Both the position numbers and the translations under genes were made by a program. 51,705 bases of DNA from an uncultured Clostridia bacterium (GTDB taxonomy: Bacteria > Bacillota > Clostridia > Christensenellales > UBA1242): assembly GCA_946491735.1 (NCBI GenBank), contig CAMLYK010000003.1, forward strand, positions 1-51,705. Reading direction: 5' to 3'. Shown here piece after piece: positions 36,181 to 47,300 of the stretch (the first letter of the stretch is position 1; the number at the start of each line of letters is the position of its first letter). The notes under the pieces were generated by a model. The model was not told where the DNA came from, did no database searches, and saw nothing but the letters and a program-made list of their open reading frames with translations.

Positions 36181-38997
36181 CTACTTTTTCAACATCTTCT
36201 TTAAATACATGCCAGTATAACTTTCTTTCACATTTGCCACTTGTTCAGGTGTGCCAGTGGCAACGACTTTACCGCCACCTTCTCCTCCTTCCGGTCCCAT
36301 ATCGATGATATAGTCAGCAGTTTTGACAATATCAAGATTGTGTTCAATGACTACCACCGTATTGCCATTGCCTACCAATCTTTGAAGAATGTCTACCAAA
36401 CGTTTCACATCGTATGAATGCAAACCAGTTGTTGGCTCGTCTAAAATATAAACTGTATTTCCTGTATCTCGCCTTGTCAATTCGGTCGCCAACTTCAATC
36501 TTTGAGCCTCACCTCCAGAAAGTGTGGTAGCGCTCTGACCTAGTTTAATATATCCTAACCCAACATCAACCAATGTCTGCAATTTACTCTTAATTTGAGG
36601 AAGTGCGTCAAAGAAATTATACGCCTCGTCAATTGTCATTTCAAGCACATCATAAATTGATTTGCCTTTATATTTAACATCTAGAACCTCCCTAGAATAT
36701 CTTTTCCCTCCGCAAACTTCACATGGAACAAAGACATCAGGCATAAAGTACATTCTAAGCCTTTTTACACCATCACCAGAACATGCCTCACATCTGCCGC
36801 CTTCAACATTAAAGCTAAATTTGCCAAGATCAAAGCCCTTTTCTTTTGCTTGTGGAGTGGATGCAAACAACTCTCTTATCTTTGTAAACACGCCAGAATA
36901 TGTCGCTGGATTGCTTCTAGGAGTCCTTCCTATAGGAGTCTGATCGATTTGTATTACCTTATCAATGTCTTCAATGCCTAAAATATACATTAAATTGCTT
37001 TCTTTGTCCCGTCTATTGAGTTTGTTAAATATTGCACGATAAAAGATATCATTTACCAAAGTGGATTTCCCACTACCGCTGACACCTGTAATACAAGTCA
37101 AAACTCCGCGTGGAATTGCGACATCTAAGTCTTCAATATTGTGTTCTCTACACCCAAGCAAGCGTATAAACCCTTTATTTGTCTCTCTTCTAAACTTAGG
37201 TACTTCAATTTTTAATTCGCCTGATAAAAATTTTCCGGTGACAGACCTTGGATTATTCATAAGATCTTGCACACTGCCATATGCGACAACCTCTCCACCG
37301 TGTGTACCCGCATATGGACCAATATCCACAATATAATCAGCCTCTCTAATTGTGTCTTCATCATGTTCTACAACTATCAGAGTATTTCCCAAATCTCGCA
37401 AGTTCTTTAGCGTATCTATCAATCTATCGTTATCTCTTTGATGAAGTCCAATACTTGGTTCATCCAAAATATACAACACACCACTGAGCCCGCTTCCTAT
37501 CTGTGTTGCCAATCTAATGCGCTGTGATTCTCCACCTGACAACGTTCCTGCACGCCTAGAAAGAGTCAGATAAGTAAGTCCAACATTGATCAAAAATGAA
37601 AGTCTAGAACTTATTTCTTTCAAGATACTTTCGGCAATTAATTGATCTGTTTTGCTCAATTTTAATGAACTGATGAAAGTATATAATTTTGTGATTGACA
37701 TATCACACAATTCTGCAATATTTTTTTCATTAATTTTTATAGACAAGGCACTAGGATTAAGACGTTTCCCAAGACATTCAGGACAGGTATCTTCACTCAT
37801 CAGTTTATATATTTCTTCTTTGACATATTCGCTCTGTGATTCTTGAAATCTACGCAACAAATCTGGAATAATTCCCATAAATAGTGCATCTTTTTGTACA
37901 CAATATTGATGCAAATTAGGTGCAATCAATTCTTTATCTCCAGATTCACCATTGATTAAAACATTTCTTGCTTCTTTTGGGATCTTGTAATACGGCATAT
38001 CAAGCGTAAAATTATATTTTTTGCCAAGTTTTTGTAATGCTCGTTTTGTCATGCCAGTTGTATCAATATTAAAGCCCATTACTGCCAATGCGCCCTCATT
38101 GATTGATAATCTATCATTTTTCACAATAGAATTTTCTCCAATTTTGATCACATAACCCAATCCGCCGCATTTTGGACAGGCACCAGCATGATTATTGAAA
38201 CTAAATAAAGTTGGCTCAATATCCGGAATTGAAATACCACAATCAATACAACTGTATTTTACGCTGTATAATTTATCTTCCCCATTATCATTCACAATGA
38301 CCAATCCATCAGACATCTGCAAACACTTCTCTACTGACTCAGTCAATCGTGAAATAATTCCATCCTTTTTCACCAATCTATCTACAATTACATAGATATC
38401 ATGACGTTTGTTTTTATCTAAAACTATTGCATCGTCTAAAGAATATGCCACTTTGTCTACCATTACACGAACAAACCCATCCTTTCTAAGTCCATCTAAT
38501 GTCTTTTCGTGACTACCTTTTTGTGTACGAATAATCGGAGCCATTATAAGTAATTTGTTTCCATCTTCAGTTTCCATAATTTTGTCAACTATCTGGTCAA
38601 TAGTTTGCACAGTAATTGGCTTTCCGCAATTTGGACAATAAGGCTTACCAATGCGTGCAAACAACAAACGTAAATAATCATAAATTTCCGTGATCGTCCC
38701 AACAGTTGATCGCGGATTGTTATTTGTACTTTTTTGATCGATAGAAATTGCAGGGCTCAAACCATCAATGCTCTCTACATCTGGCTTGTTCATCTGACCT
38801 AAAAATTGTCTAGCATAACTAGACAGACTCTCCATATATCTCCTTTGCCCTTCTGCAAATATTGTGTCAAAAGCAAGCGTAGACTTACCACATCCACTCA
38901 CACCAGAAAAAACAACTAATTTATTCTTAGGTATGGTCACATCTACATTCTTTAAGTTATTCTCTTTCGCACCTTTAACAACAATATTTTCTAACAT
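36181..38997 (-). CDS. uvrA: Excinuclease ABC subunit A
   Basis: GAKENNLKN, two Walker A motifs (GVSGCGKS, GVSGSGKS), EGQRRYMESLS, zinc fingers, LSGGESQR; start at ATG 38997 with SD GAGG. Confidence 0.98.
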   Translation of the reverse strand: MLENIVVKGAKENNLKNVDVTIPKNKLVVFSGVSGCGKSTLAFDTIFAEGQRRYMESLSSYARQFLGQMNKPDVESIDGLSPAISIDQKSTNNNPRSTVGTITEIYDYLRLLFARIGKPYCPNCGKPITVQTIDQIVDKIMETEDGNKLLIMAPIIRTQKGSHEKTLDGLRKDGFVRVMVDKVAYSLDDAIVLDKNKRHDIYVIVDRLVKKDGIISRLTESVEKCLQMSDGLVIVNDNGEDKLYSVKYSCIDCGISIPDIEPTLFSFNNHAGACPKCGGLGYVIKIGENSIVKNDRLSINEGALAVMGFNIDTTGMTKRALQKLGKKYNFTLDMPYYKIPKEARNVLINGESGDKELIAPNLHQYCVQKDALFMGIIPDLLRRFQESQSEYVKEEIYKLMSEDTCPECLGKRLNPSALSIKINEKNIAELCDMSITKLYTFISSLKLSKTDQLIAESILKEISSRLSFLINVGLTYLTLSRRAGTLSGGESQRIRLATQIGSGLSGVLYILDEPSIGLHQRDNDRLIDTLKNLRDLGNTLIVVEHDEDTIREADYIVDIGPYAGTHGGEVVAYGSVQDLMNNPRSVTGKFLSGELKIEVPKFRRETNKGFIRLLGCREHNIEDLDVAIPRGVLTCITGVSGSGKSTLVNDIFYRAIFNKLNRRDKESNLMYILGIEDIDKVIQIDQTPIGRTPRSNPATYSGVFTKIRELFASTPQAKEKGFDLGKFSFNVEGGRCEACSGDGVKRLRMYFMPDVFVPCEVCGGKRYSREVLDVKYKGKSIYDVLEMTIDEAYNFFDALPQIKSKLQTLVDVGLGYIKLGQSATTLSGGEAQRLKLATELTRRDTGNTVYILDEPTTGLHSYDVKRLVDILQRLVGNGNTVVVIEHNLDIVKTADYIIDMGPEGGEGGGKVVATGTPEQVANVKESYTGMYLKKMLKK

Positions 38998-39024
38998 ATA
39001 ATCCTCTGTCAATTATCACATTTT

Positions 39025-39053
39025 ATTATATCATATTATTAGTAATTTTTCAA
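39025..39053 (-). promoter_or_regulatory. sigmaA promoter of uvrA
   Basis: TTGAAA-17 nt-TGnTATAAT. Confidence 0.75.
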
Positions 39054-39155
39054 GTATTAAACCAAGATTATGATATAGATAACTTTATCAATTTATAAAT
39101 AAAAGACAAATTGTTAAAAAAAATAAATTAGCAAGAAAAAAAGCGACAAAGTCGC

Positions 39156-39545
39156 TTAATCTTTTCTAGGTATTGTAATGATCAACAATAGAGCTAAAAC
39201 TCCCACACCAACGGCAACATACATTCCCACTTGATTGAAATAACCATTGCCAATATTGTATAATGAATTGATACTGATTGAAACATTGTCATCATCGTCA
39301 AAGTTGTCATTTTCGCTTAGTAAAACATCATTGCCACTAAGTTTGTAGTAATACTTGGTAATAGTACCCGTAATATCTTCATACGTACAGGTTCCATCCC
39401 AATTAAAGTTATATTTAGTTTCGACCGTCACATTCGCAACCTCCATTGAAGAAACATATTCGCCGAAAGGAAGAATAAAACATGGATAGCCATAACACAA
39501 TACGACAAATGCTACGCACAATATCAATAATATTTTCCTTAACAT
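39156..39545 (-). CDS. Small membrane protein (N- and C-terminal TM helices, beta-rich outer domain)
   Basis: SD AAGGTAGG, TTGACA-17-TATAAT promoter at 39577-39605, AAGCGAC/GTCGCTT hairpin at the stop. Confidence 0.8.
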   Translation of the reverse strand: MLRKILLILCVAFVVLCYGYPCFILPFGEYVSSMEVANVTVETKYNFNWDGTCTYEDITGTITKYYYKLSGNDVLLSENDNFDDDDNVSISINSLYNIGNGYFNQVGMYVAVGVGVLALLLIITIPRKD

Positions 39546-39714
39546 AATTAACCTACCTTTTTAATTATACACTTTCATTATATAATATAATCCCTAACTT
39601 GTCAAGATTTATAATAAAAATATGAATATTGTAAATATTTATATAAATCACAGTTTAAAAAGCCAATGCTTGACAAAAATAATTATAATTATAAAATATT
39701 AATAAGGAGAAAAA

Positions 39715-41484
39715 ATGAAGAAAAGAGATCAAATAGAAAATGAATACAAGTGGGATTTATCAAGTTATATTTCAAATTCACAAGAAATCGATGAAATTTT
39801 CAAAAAAATTGAGGATTTAACGAAAATTTTACCAAAATACAAAGGGAAATTGCAAAATCCAGACATTTTATATGAAAGACTGACAAAATATAAAGATGAT
39901 TTTATATCAATAAGCAAATTGGCTCACTATATATCACACATGTTAAATGTGGATTCATCAAACACTGATATAATTGTATTAGAACAAAAATTTTCGAATC
40001 TCTATACAAAATTGAGTGAGGCAAATGCTTATTTTGTACCACAACTGTACGAATTATCGAATGAATATCTTGATTCATTATTAAAGGACAAGAGATTCCA
40101 AAATTTTGACAATCTAATAAACGAAATAATAAAATTAAAACCTCACAAAATTGACGAAAGTACCAATGAATTATTGTCTAAAATGGGCACTTTTTTAGGA
40201 AATAATGAAAATCTCCATAGTATAATTGTAGATTCAGAATTGAAATTTAATGATGTGCTTGACAGTAAAGGAAAAGTGAAAAAATTAGATAATTCAAACT
40301 ATCCAATATATCTAAGAAGCAAAGATCCGGAACTTAGAAAAAATGCTTTTGATTCAAAAATGACCGCTTTTTATCAATTCAATAAAACTTTTGCAGAATT
40401 GTATATAAAAGATATCGAATATGATAAATTTTTATCAAATTTAACTAATTATTCCAATCTTTTAGAAAGCGTTTTGTTAGAAGATGACATACCTAAATCT
40501 GTATTTGATAATATAATAAAATTTACTGAAAAATACATTCCTTTACTGCAAGATTATTGCAAAACAAGAGCAAAGATATCTAAAAATAAAAAATTTGCAT
40601 ACTATGATTTGTTTGAAGATGACAAATCAAATTCAAAAATTTCTTTAGATCAAGCAAAAGAAATAATAAAAAAAGCACTTGCACCACTTGGACAAGATTA
40701 TTTAAACAATCTAGATAGAAAATTACATGATAAATCAATTGATTATTTCCCTAACGAAAACAAAAATTCTGGAGCATATTGTTCACATTGCTACGGTGCA
40801 AATACTGTTGTTTTGACCAATTACATGTATGACTACAATTCAGTTTCTACTCTATGTCACGAATTGGGACATTGCATTAATGCAGAATATTTTTTGAATA
40901 GTCAGCCATATGAAAAAGCGGACATTACGATTTTTGCTGCTGAAATTGCCAGCACAACAAATGAAATTTTATTAAATCAATATATGTTGAAAAATTCAAA
41001 TGAAAGAGATAAAAAATATTTTCTTCGCCATTTCCTTGATAATGTGAGAAGTACAATATTTAGGCAAATTATTTTTACCGAATTTGAATTATTTGCTCAC
41101 AATAATATAGAAAAAGATATTCCAACAACTTACTTGGATTTGAATAAATGTTATTTGGATTTAAACAAAAAATTCTATGGAAAATCCCTTATCATTCCTG
41201 AAAAACTACAATATGAATGGATGTGTGTACCGCATTTTTATTCGCCATACTATGTTTTCACATATGCAACAGGTTTAGTTTGTGCTATCGCCATAGCAGA
41301 TAAAATACTTTCTGATAAAGAATTTTACAAATCATATATATATTTCTTAAAAAATGGTACAAACAAGCCCGCAGTTGAAATTTTAAAGGAAATAGGTATC
41401 GATTTAACCACAGAGCAACCATATGAAACTGCATTTAATTTTATAAAAAGGCAATTAAATAGTTATAAATCACTTTATAAATAA
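39715..41484 (+). CDS. pepF: Oligoendopeptidase F (M3B family)
   Basis: KRDQIENEYKWDLS, SGAY, HELGH zincin motif, FAAEIAST, PHFY..YYVFTYATG. Confidence 0.95.
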   Translation: MKKRDQIENEYKWDLSSYISNSQEIDEIFKKIEDLTKILPKYKGKLQNPDILYERLTKYKDDFISISKLAHYISHMLNVDSSNTDIIVLEQKFSNLYTKLSEANAYFVPQLYELSNEYLDSLLKDKRFQNFDNLINEIIKLKPHKIDESTNELLSKMGTFLGNNENLHSIIVDSELKFNDVLDSKGKVKKLDNSNYPIYLRSKDPELRKNAFDSKMTAFYQFNKTFAELYIKDIEYDKFLSNLTNYSNLLESVLLEDDIPKSVFDNIIKFTEKYIPLLQDYCKTRAKISKNKKFAYYDLFEDDKSNSKISLDQAKEIIKKALAPLGQDYLNNLDRKLHDKSIDYFPNENKNSGAYCSHCYGANTVVLTNYMYDYNSVSTLCHELGHCINAEYFLNSQPYEKADITIFAAEIASTTNEILLNQYMLKNSNERDKKYFLRHFLDNVRSTIFRQIIFTEFELFAHNNIEKDIPTTYLDLNKCYLDLNKKFYGKSLIIPEKLQYEWMCVPHFYSPYYVFTYATGLVCAIAIADKILSDKEFYKSYIYFLKNGTNKPAVEILKEIGIDLTTEQPYETAFNFIKRQLNSYKSLYK

Positions 41485-41495
41485 TTTATAAAAGA

Positions 41496-41524
41496 TTGCA
41501 AAAGATAAATATAAATGTTATAAT
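41496..41524 (+). promoter_or_regulatory. sigmaA promoter of the orf1-orf2-uvrB operon
   Basis: TTGCAA-17 nt-TGnTATAAT, then SD AAGGA and ATG 41535. Confidence 0.75.
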
Positions 41525-41534
41525 AAAGGATAAT

Positions 41535-41906
41535 ATGCTAGATAAAAAATCAATATCAGTTTTAAAAGCGATGAATAAATTGGCATTAGGTAGTGCATAC
41601 AAAGTAGTCACTACCGATGAAATAATGGCAATTTTGTCGCAAAAATCACAATATGACAATGACAGTTTGAAAGAGATAATTGGTTTTTTAGAAAAACAGG
41701 AATATATTAATATCAAATTTAGTGAAGACAATACTTACTGTTATTCTATTTTGCCAAAAGGAAGCATCTGCATAGAGCAAGCTGATTCGAATTCAAAATC
41801 TCATAAGAGTAAGAACATCAAATTCCTGCCCTATCTATATGTATCTCTAGCGTCATTTATCGGTACAATACTTGCTCTGGTGATATTCTTTGCCTTTGTA
41901 CCATAA
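41535..41906 (+). CDS. Winged-helix-like protein with a C-terminal TM anchor (paralog 1)
   Basis: Pattern helix-strand-helix-helix (LKEIIGFLEKQEYINIK), then wing (YCYSILPKG), then hydrophobic tail; start moved to ATG 41535. Confidence 0.75.
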   Translation: MLDKKSISVLKAMNKLALGSAYKVVTTDEIMAILSQKSQYDNDSLKEIIGFLEKQEYINIKFSEDNTYCYSILPKGSICIEQADSNSKSHKSKNIKFLPYLYVSLASFIGTILALVIFFAFVP

Positions 41907-41930
41907 AAATTTATTTTAATAGGACTATTT

Positions 41931-42290
41931 ATGTTAACGTTTAAAGAAAAATATGTAATGGAATATGTGTTTCAAAAATGTCAAGGCAAAAAGTCTTGTC
42001 TTATTTCGCCAAGAGAGATAATCTCGTTTGCCGCAGATAGATATGTGATCTATCCAGATGAATTAGAAAAAATCATGACAAATTTAAGTTATGATAATTA
42101 TATTGAATTGTTTAAATCTGATAAAAAAGGCAGTCCTGTATTCTGCGTATCATTAAAAATAAAAGGGGAAGGTTTTCATCGCGAACTAACTAATAATAAA
42201 CGAAATTTGCTATTGTTATTAGGTAGAACTTGCATTTTAGCCGTTATTAGTACATTAATCGGTGTATTAATACGATTCATTTTCTTATAG
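41931..42290 (+). CDS. Winged-helix-like protein with a C-terminal TM anchor (paralog 2)
   Basis: LEKIMTNLSYDNYIEL...FCVSLKIKG plus hydrophobic tail; similar to the upstream gene; 9 nt before uvrB. Confidence 0.75.
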   Translation: MLTFKEKYVMEYVFQKCQGKKSCLISPREIISFAADRYVIYPDELEKIMTNLSYDNYIELFKSDKKGSPVFCVSLKIKGEGFHRELTNNKRNLLLLLGRTCILAVISTLIGVLIRFIFL

Positions 42291-42299
42291 GAAGCGACT

Positions 42300-44258
42300 A
42301 TGGAATATCGAAATTTTGAATTAGTATCAAAATACAAACCTACTGGAGATCAACCTGAAGCCATACAAGCATTAGTTGAAGGCGTCAAAGATGGACTATC
42401 AGCTCAAGTTCTAAAGGGAGTCACGGGTAGCGGAAAAACTTTCACAATGGCTAATGTGATAGCTCAGGTCAATCGCCCCACCCTTATTCTCGCTCATAAC
42501 AAAACTCTTGCTGCACAATTATGTAATGAATTTCGCGAATTCTTTCCAAATAATCGTGTGGAATTTTTTGTTAGCTACTATGATTATTATCAACCAGAAG
42601 CATATATTGTTTCAAGTGATACTTACATCGAAAAGGACATGAGTGTAAACGATGAAATTGATAAACTACGACACAGCGCAACCAGCAGTTTGTTAGAGCG
42701 TTCAGACACAATAGTTGTGGCATCGGTCTCCTGTATTTACGGCTTAGGAGCGCCAAAAGAGTATTACGATTTACATATTTCACTACGCGCAGGGGACAAA
42801 ATGACGAGAGAACAATTGATCAGTCGTTTGATCAGTATTCAATACACAAGGAACGACATTGATTTCACTCGTTCTACTTTTCGTGCACGCGGTGACGTTG
42901 TGGACATTTTCCCAGCTGACAGCAGCGAACGCGCCATAAGAGTAGAATTTTTTGATGATGAAATTGAACAAATCAGCGAATTTGAGGCTTTGACAGGAAA
43001 AGTGATAGACAAGCTAAAACATGCCTCTATTTTCCCAGCAAGCCATTACGCTGTGGGAAGCGAACGTCTGAATAATGCGTTGGAGCAAATCAAACACGAT
43101 GCAAAAGAGCGTGAAGAATTTTTCACAAAAGAGGGAAAATATATTGAAGCTCAACGTATCCGCGAACGCACAAATTATGACATAGAAATGATGCAAGAGA
43201 TGGGTTATTGCTCGGGAATTGAAAATTATTCAAGATATTTTGATGGAAGACAGCCAGGAGAAGCCCCTTACACACTGCTCGATTACTTCCCTAATGGATT
43301 CTTATTGTTTGTAGATGAAAGCCACATCACTTTGCCTCAAGTGAGAGGTATGTACAATGGTGATAGAGCCAGAAAAACAAGTTTGGTTGATTATGGATTT
43401 CGCTTACCTAGTGCATTTGATAATAGACCACTTAATTTTGAGGAATTTAACAGTAGAATTGGTCAAACGATTTACGTATCTGCGACACCTAATGAATATG
43501 AATTATCGCTGTCCGGTCAGGTGGTAGAACAAGTCATTCGTCCAACATATCTATTGGATCCAGAAATTGAAGTCCGCCCTAGCCTTGGACAAGTAGACGA
43601 TCTATCAGATGAAATAAAAAAGAATATTGAGAAAAAAGGAAAAGTTTTAGTCACCACACTGACAAAGAAAATGGCAGAAGATCTATCTTCTTATTTTGGC
43701 GAAAATGGAATACGTGTCAAATATTTGCATAGTGATATTGATACATTGGAGCGTGTGAAAATAATCAATGAATTGCGTGCTGATGAATTCGATGTGTTGA
43801 TTGGAATTAATTTATTGCGAGAAGGTCTAGATTTGCCGGAAGTTACATTAGTTGCGATTTTAGATGCAGACAAAGAAGGATTCTTACGTAGTGCCACTTC
43901 ATTGATACAGATTGTTGGACGAGCAGCTCGTAATAGTGAAAGCAAAGTTATCATGTATGCAGACAAAATGACAGACAGCATGAAACAAGCAATTGATGAA
44001 ACAAATAGACGTAGAGAAAAGCAAATGCAGTATAATAAAGAACATAATGTAAAACCTATGACTATCAAAAAAGATATAGTTGACACATTGAAAATCAGAA
44101 TGGACAAAGACGAAGAACAAATGTCCAAAACAGATATTTCGAAAAAGATTGAGCAATTAAAGGGCTTGATGAACACTGCAGCATCTCAACTGGATTTTGA
44201 AACAGCTATTACATTGCGTGAAGAAATAGCTAAATTAAAAAGAAAATTGAGAAAATAA
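42300..44258 (+). CDS. uvrB: Excinuclease ABC subunit B
   Basis: [46 protein letters not shown]-terminal UVR motif. Confidence 0.98.
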   Translation: MEYRNFELVSKYKPTGDQPEAIQALVEGVKDGLSAQVLKGVTGSGKTFTMANVIAQVNRPTLILAHNKTLAAQLCNEFREFFPNNRVEFFVSYYDYYQPEAYIVSSDTYIEKDMSVNDEIDKLRHSATSSLLERSDTIVVASVSCIYGLGAPKEYYDLHISLRAGDKMTREQLISRLISIQYTRNDIDFTRSTFRARGDVVDIFPADSSERAIRVEFFDDEIEQISEFEALTGKVIDKLKHASIFPASHYAVGSERLNNALEQIKHDAKEREEFFTKEGKYIEAQRIRERTNYDIEMMQEMGYCSGIENYSRYFDGRQPGEAPYTLLDYFPNGFLLFVDESHITLPQVRGMYNGDRARKTSLVDYGFRLPSAFDNRPLNFEEFNSRIGQTIYVSATPNEYELSLSGQVVEQVIRPTYLLDPEIEVRPSLGQVDDLSDEIKKNIEKKGKVLVTTLTKKMAEDLSSYFGENGIRVKYLHSDIDTLERVKIINELRADEFDVLIGINLLREGLDLPEVTLVAILDADKEGFLRSATSLIQIVGRAARNSESKVIMYADKMTDSMKQAIDETNRRREKQMQYNKEHNVKPMTIKKDIVDTLKIRMDKDEEQMSKTDISKKIEQLKGLMNTAASQLDFETAITLREEIAKLKRKLRK

Positions 44259-44336
44259 ACAACTTACTCTATTTCAATTATTATAAATAATATGAATTGT
44301 TGCTAATTCTATCTTATAAAAATTAATAATGTCAAG

Positions 44337-44377
44337 AAACAAAAAATCTCTTAAAATTTAAGAGATTTTTTTGTTTG
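44337..44377. terminator. Bidirectional terminator
   Basis: AAAAAATCTCTTAA-AAT-TTAAGAGATTTTTT between convergent genes. Confidence 0.8.
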
Positions 44378-44382
44378 TTTTG

Positions 44383-47300
44383 TTATTCAACATCACCAGA
44401 TTTTGCTTCGTCATCTGAAGATTTTTCATCTTTGACATCTTCATGGCTTTCATCTTCAATTACAACTTCATCATCTTTATCTTCGTTTTGTTGAGCATTT
44501 ACTTTATCTTCTTCTGCAACGTCAGCCTTGATTTCCTCAACTTTCTTTGAAGATTTTTCAGACTTTGTGTCCTTATCTGTCATTGTGTCTTTTCTAGATT
44601 TTTTTTGTTTTGAAGATCCACCCTTTTTACCAGTGAATGTGAAGAATAGAATTACACCTGCAAGTATTATTAATGATACAACTATTAATATTACTCCAAG
44701 ATATGAATCATTATTCTCTTCTGGTTCTGTTTCACTTACTACATTGAATTCAATGGTCTTAACACCGACATTGTCGTAAATGTCTTCAATTGTTAGAGTT
44801 AAAGTACATTTACCTGTTCCATTGATAACATACTGACCATCTTCTTCGCCTTCTGATACGATTCCGTCATCACTTGATAGTTCAACAGTCAATGAATTCC
44901 AGTTAGTCATGGTAGTTTCTGTACCATTATCATTTCTATCTCTAATTACTAAACCTGTGTCATATGAGTAAATTGTATTTCCGTTGCTAATAACTTCAAT
45001 TACTAATGTTCTGTTGCTTCTATCCAAATTGATATTATATTCAATTTGATTTGTTCCATCATAAACTATGTCTTGAGATAATTCAGTTTCATAGTTCATT
45101 GAATATGTTGGAGCAACGTTATCGCCAACTTTGATTTCAAAAGTTTCAGTAATTGTGCTATAATCTGTTTTTGCAGTATAGGTCACTCTATATGTTCCGC
45201 GAGTATTAGCATTAGTTGTGAATGACCATACCATTGCATCGCCATTTTGATATCTTACAGCATTTCCAGCTTCAGGAACCAATCCATCTGGGTCAGTAAC
45301 TGTAACTGTGACATCCGCTTTCAAGTTTCCTTGGCTAGCAGTCCAGTCAGGTAAAATTATTGTTTCACTTTGTCTTGCATATTCAGGAACAGTGATATCA
45401 TAATCCCATGTAAGTTCTGGCATTGTAATATTCACATAATATACGCGTTCAACGACCGTACCTTCTTCCCCATATTGACCAGTGAATGTGATAGTATATT
45501 GACCTTCACTGTTAAATGCAAATGACATATAGTCGCCTGTTGTTGTATAATCTAGAGCCTGACCTCCATCATCGATTGTATATCCAATAGTAGTTTGAGC
45601 ATCATTAGTAATGTCATCTCCACTTGATGAGTACAGTGTAGGGTCAAATGAGATCACCGCACCAACTTCACCGCTAATTGTATTGCCTGAAATTGATACT
45701 TCTTCTCCATCAACGTTTTGACCTTCAGCATTGACTGACAAATATGGATCAGATGAATCATTAACAACGAAAGTGAAGTAAACTGTAGTCATATTTCCAG
45801 CATCATCAGTAGCTGTATAAACTACATAATAAGTGCCAACTTTGCTAGTAGTAATCGTACCACCAGTGATAGTATTACCACTCATTTGTTTTCCTGTAGG
45901 AGATAGGAATTGCAAACCTGTACCAACGCTATCTGGAGTACCAATATAATAATTTACATTAAGAGCAAGATAATCATCATCGTCTGTAAATTGAATTGTT
46001 GGAAGAGTGACTTCTTGTATTTGATCAAATTCTAATGTTTGCAAGATATTTATATTATCTGAGCTGAAGCTTCCAGCATTGATTATAGAATATTCTGGAG
46101 CGATCTCTTCGTCCATATCTTTAATATTCAACACTCGAGTTGCAGTGGCAATATTCCCTTCATCATTCAATGCAACAGCAACCACATTCAGCACTCTACC
46201 ATTAGTACTGCCCTGATAATTAGTTAATTCAATATTGAAACTATTTAAATTATCTGCATCTACAGTTGCAATACCGAAACCAGTATAAAGTCTTTGCATT
46301 TCTGTGATGAACAATGGATCATCAAGCACATTACAAATATTCTTTGCAGTGTCAGATTCAGGATTAGAAGTAACCACTCTAATAGCGTTTTGAATATCTG
46401 TTGCTAAATCATTTTCTGAATTCTCTGTATAATAATAGAAAACAGCATTCTTCAAACGTGTGTCAATATCATCTGATGAAGTGACGTTGACATTGATAAT
46501 ATCTTCACTAGATATTGTAGCATTATTTTTTACATTATTGATTTGAATAGTAGGAGTTGAACTATCTTCACTGTCTTCTGCAACAGTTGCTCTTGATAAA
46601 ACAGTTATAGTGTATCTTGTAGTACCAGTTCTATAAACATAACTTTCTTGACGCGAAATTGTGTTAGCCAAAACATAATAACCTATCGTATATTCGCCCG
46701 CATAATCTGAAATGCTTTCATCATCCGCTGAGAATTTGAATTCTACAGCCTTATTAAATTGTCCAATATTTTCATCGCCTGAATAGTTGTAACCAGTTTC
46801 TCCCTCATTGACTGCAACAACTTGTCCGTCCTCAACTTTCAAGTTATCTACATAATAGATAGTGCTATCTCTTGTACTTTGAATATAACGGATGAAAGTA
46901 AAGTCTTTATATTCTGTAACTTTATCTGTAGCATAAATTGCAGGTAAGACTAATTCAGTGTATCCATATCTCGTCTTCAAATCAACTGCGTAATCAGTAT
47001 TGACAGCGTCTACCATTACACCATCGTCATTTTCTTCTTGTACAGGGTTGCCTGTCTCTTGATTTATTTCGTAGTCATATGCCATATAGACACTTGGACG
47101 AGTGCTGTCAGTAACGTTTCTAATGATCACGCTGATAGATTTTGTATTGCTATAGGCGTCAACAATATTGTATGTCACTCTATAGTTGCCAACCATGTCA
47201 GCATAACTTTCTGCACCAAATTCTTCTTTCGTGAAATTAAATGTGAAAGTATTATTAGATAATGTCTTTGTGATTGCTTCATTATTTGTCTTAGTAATCA

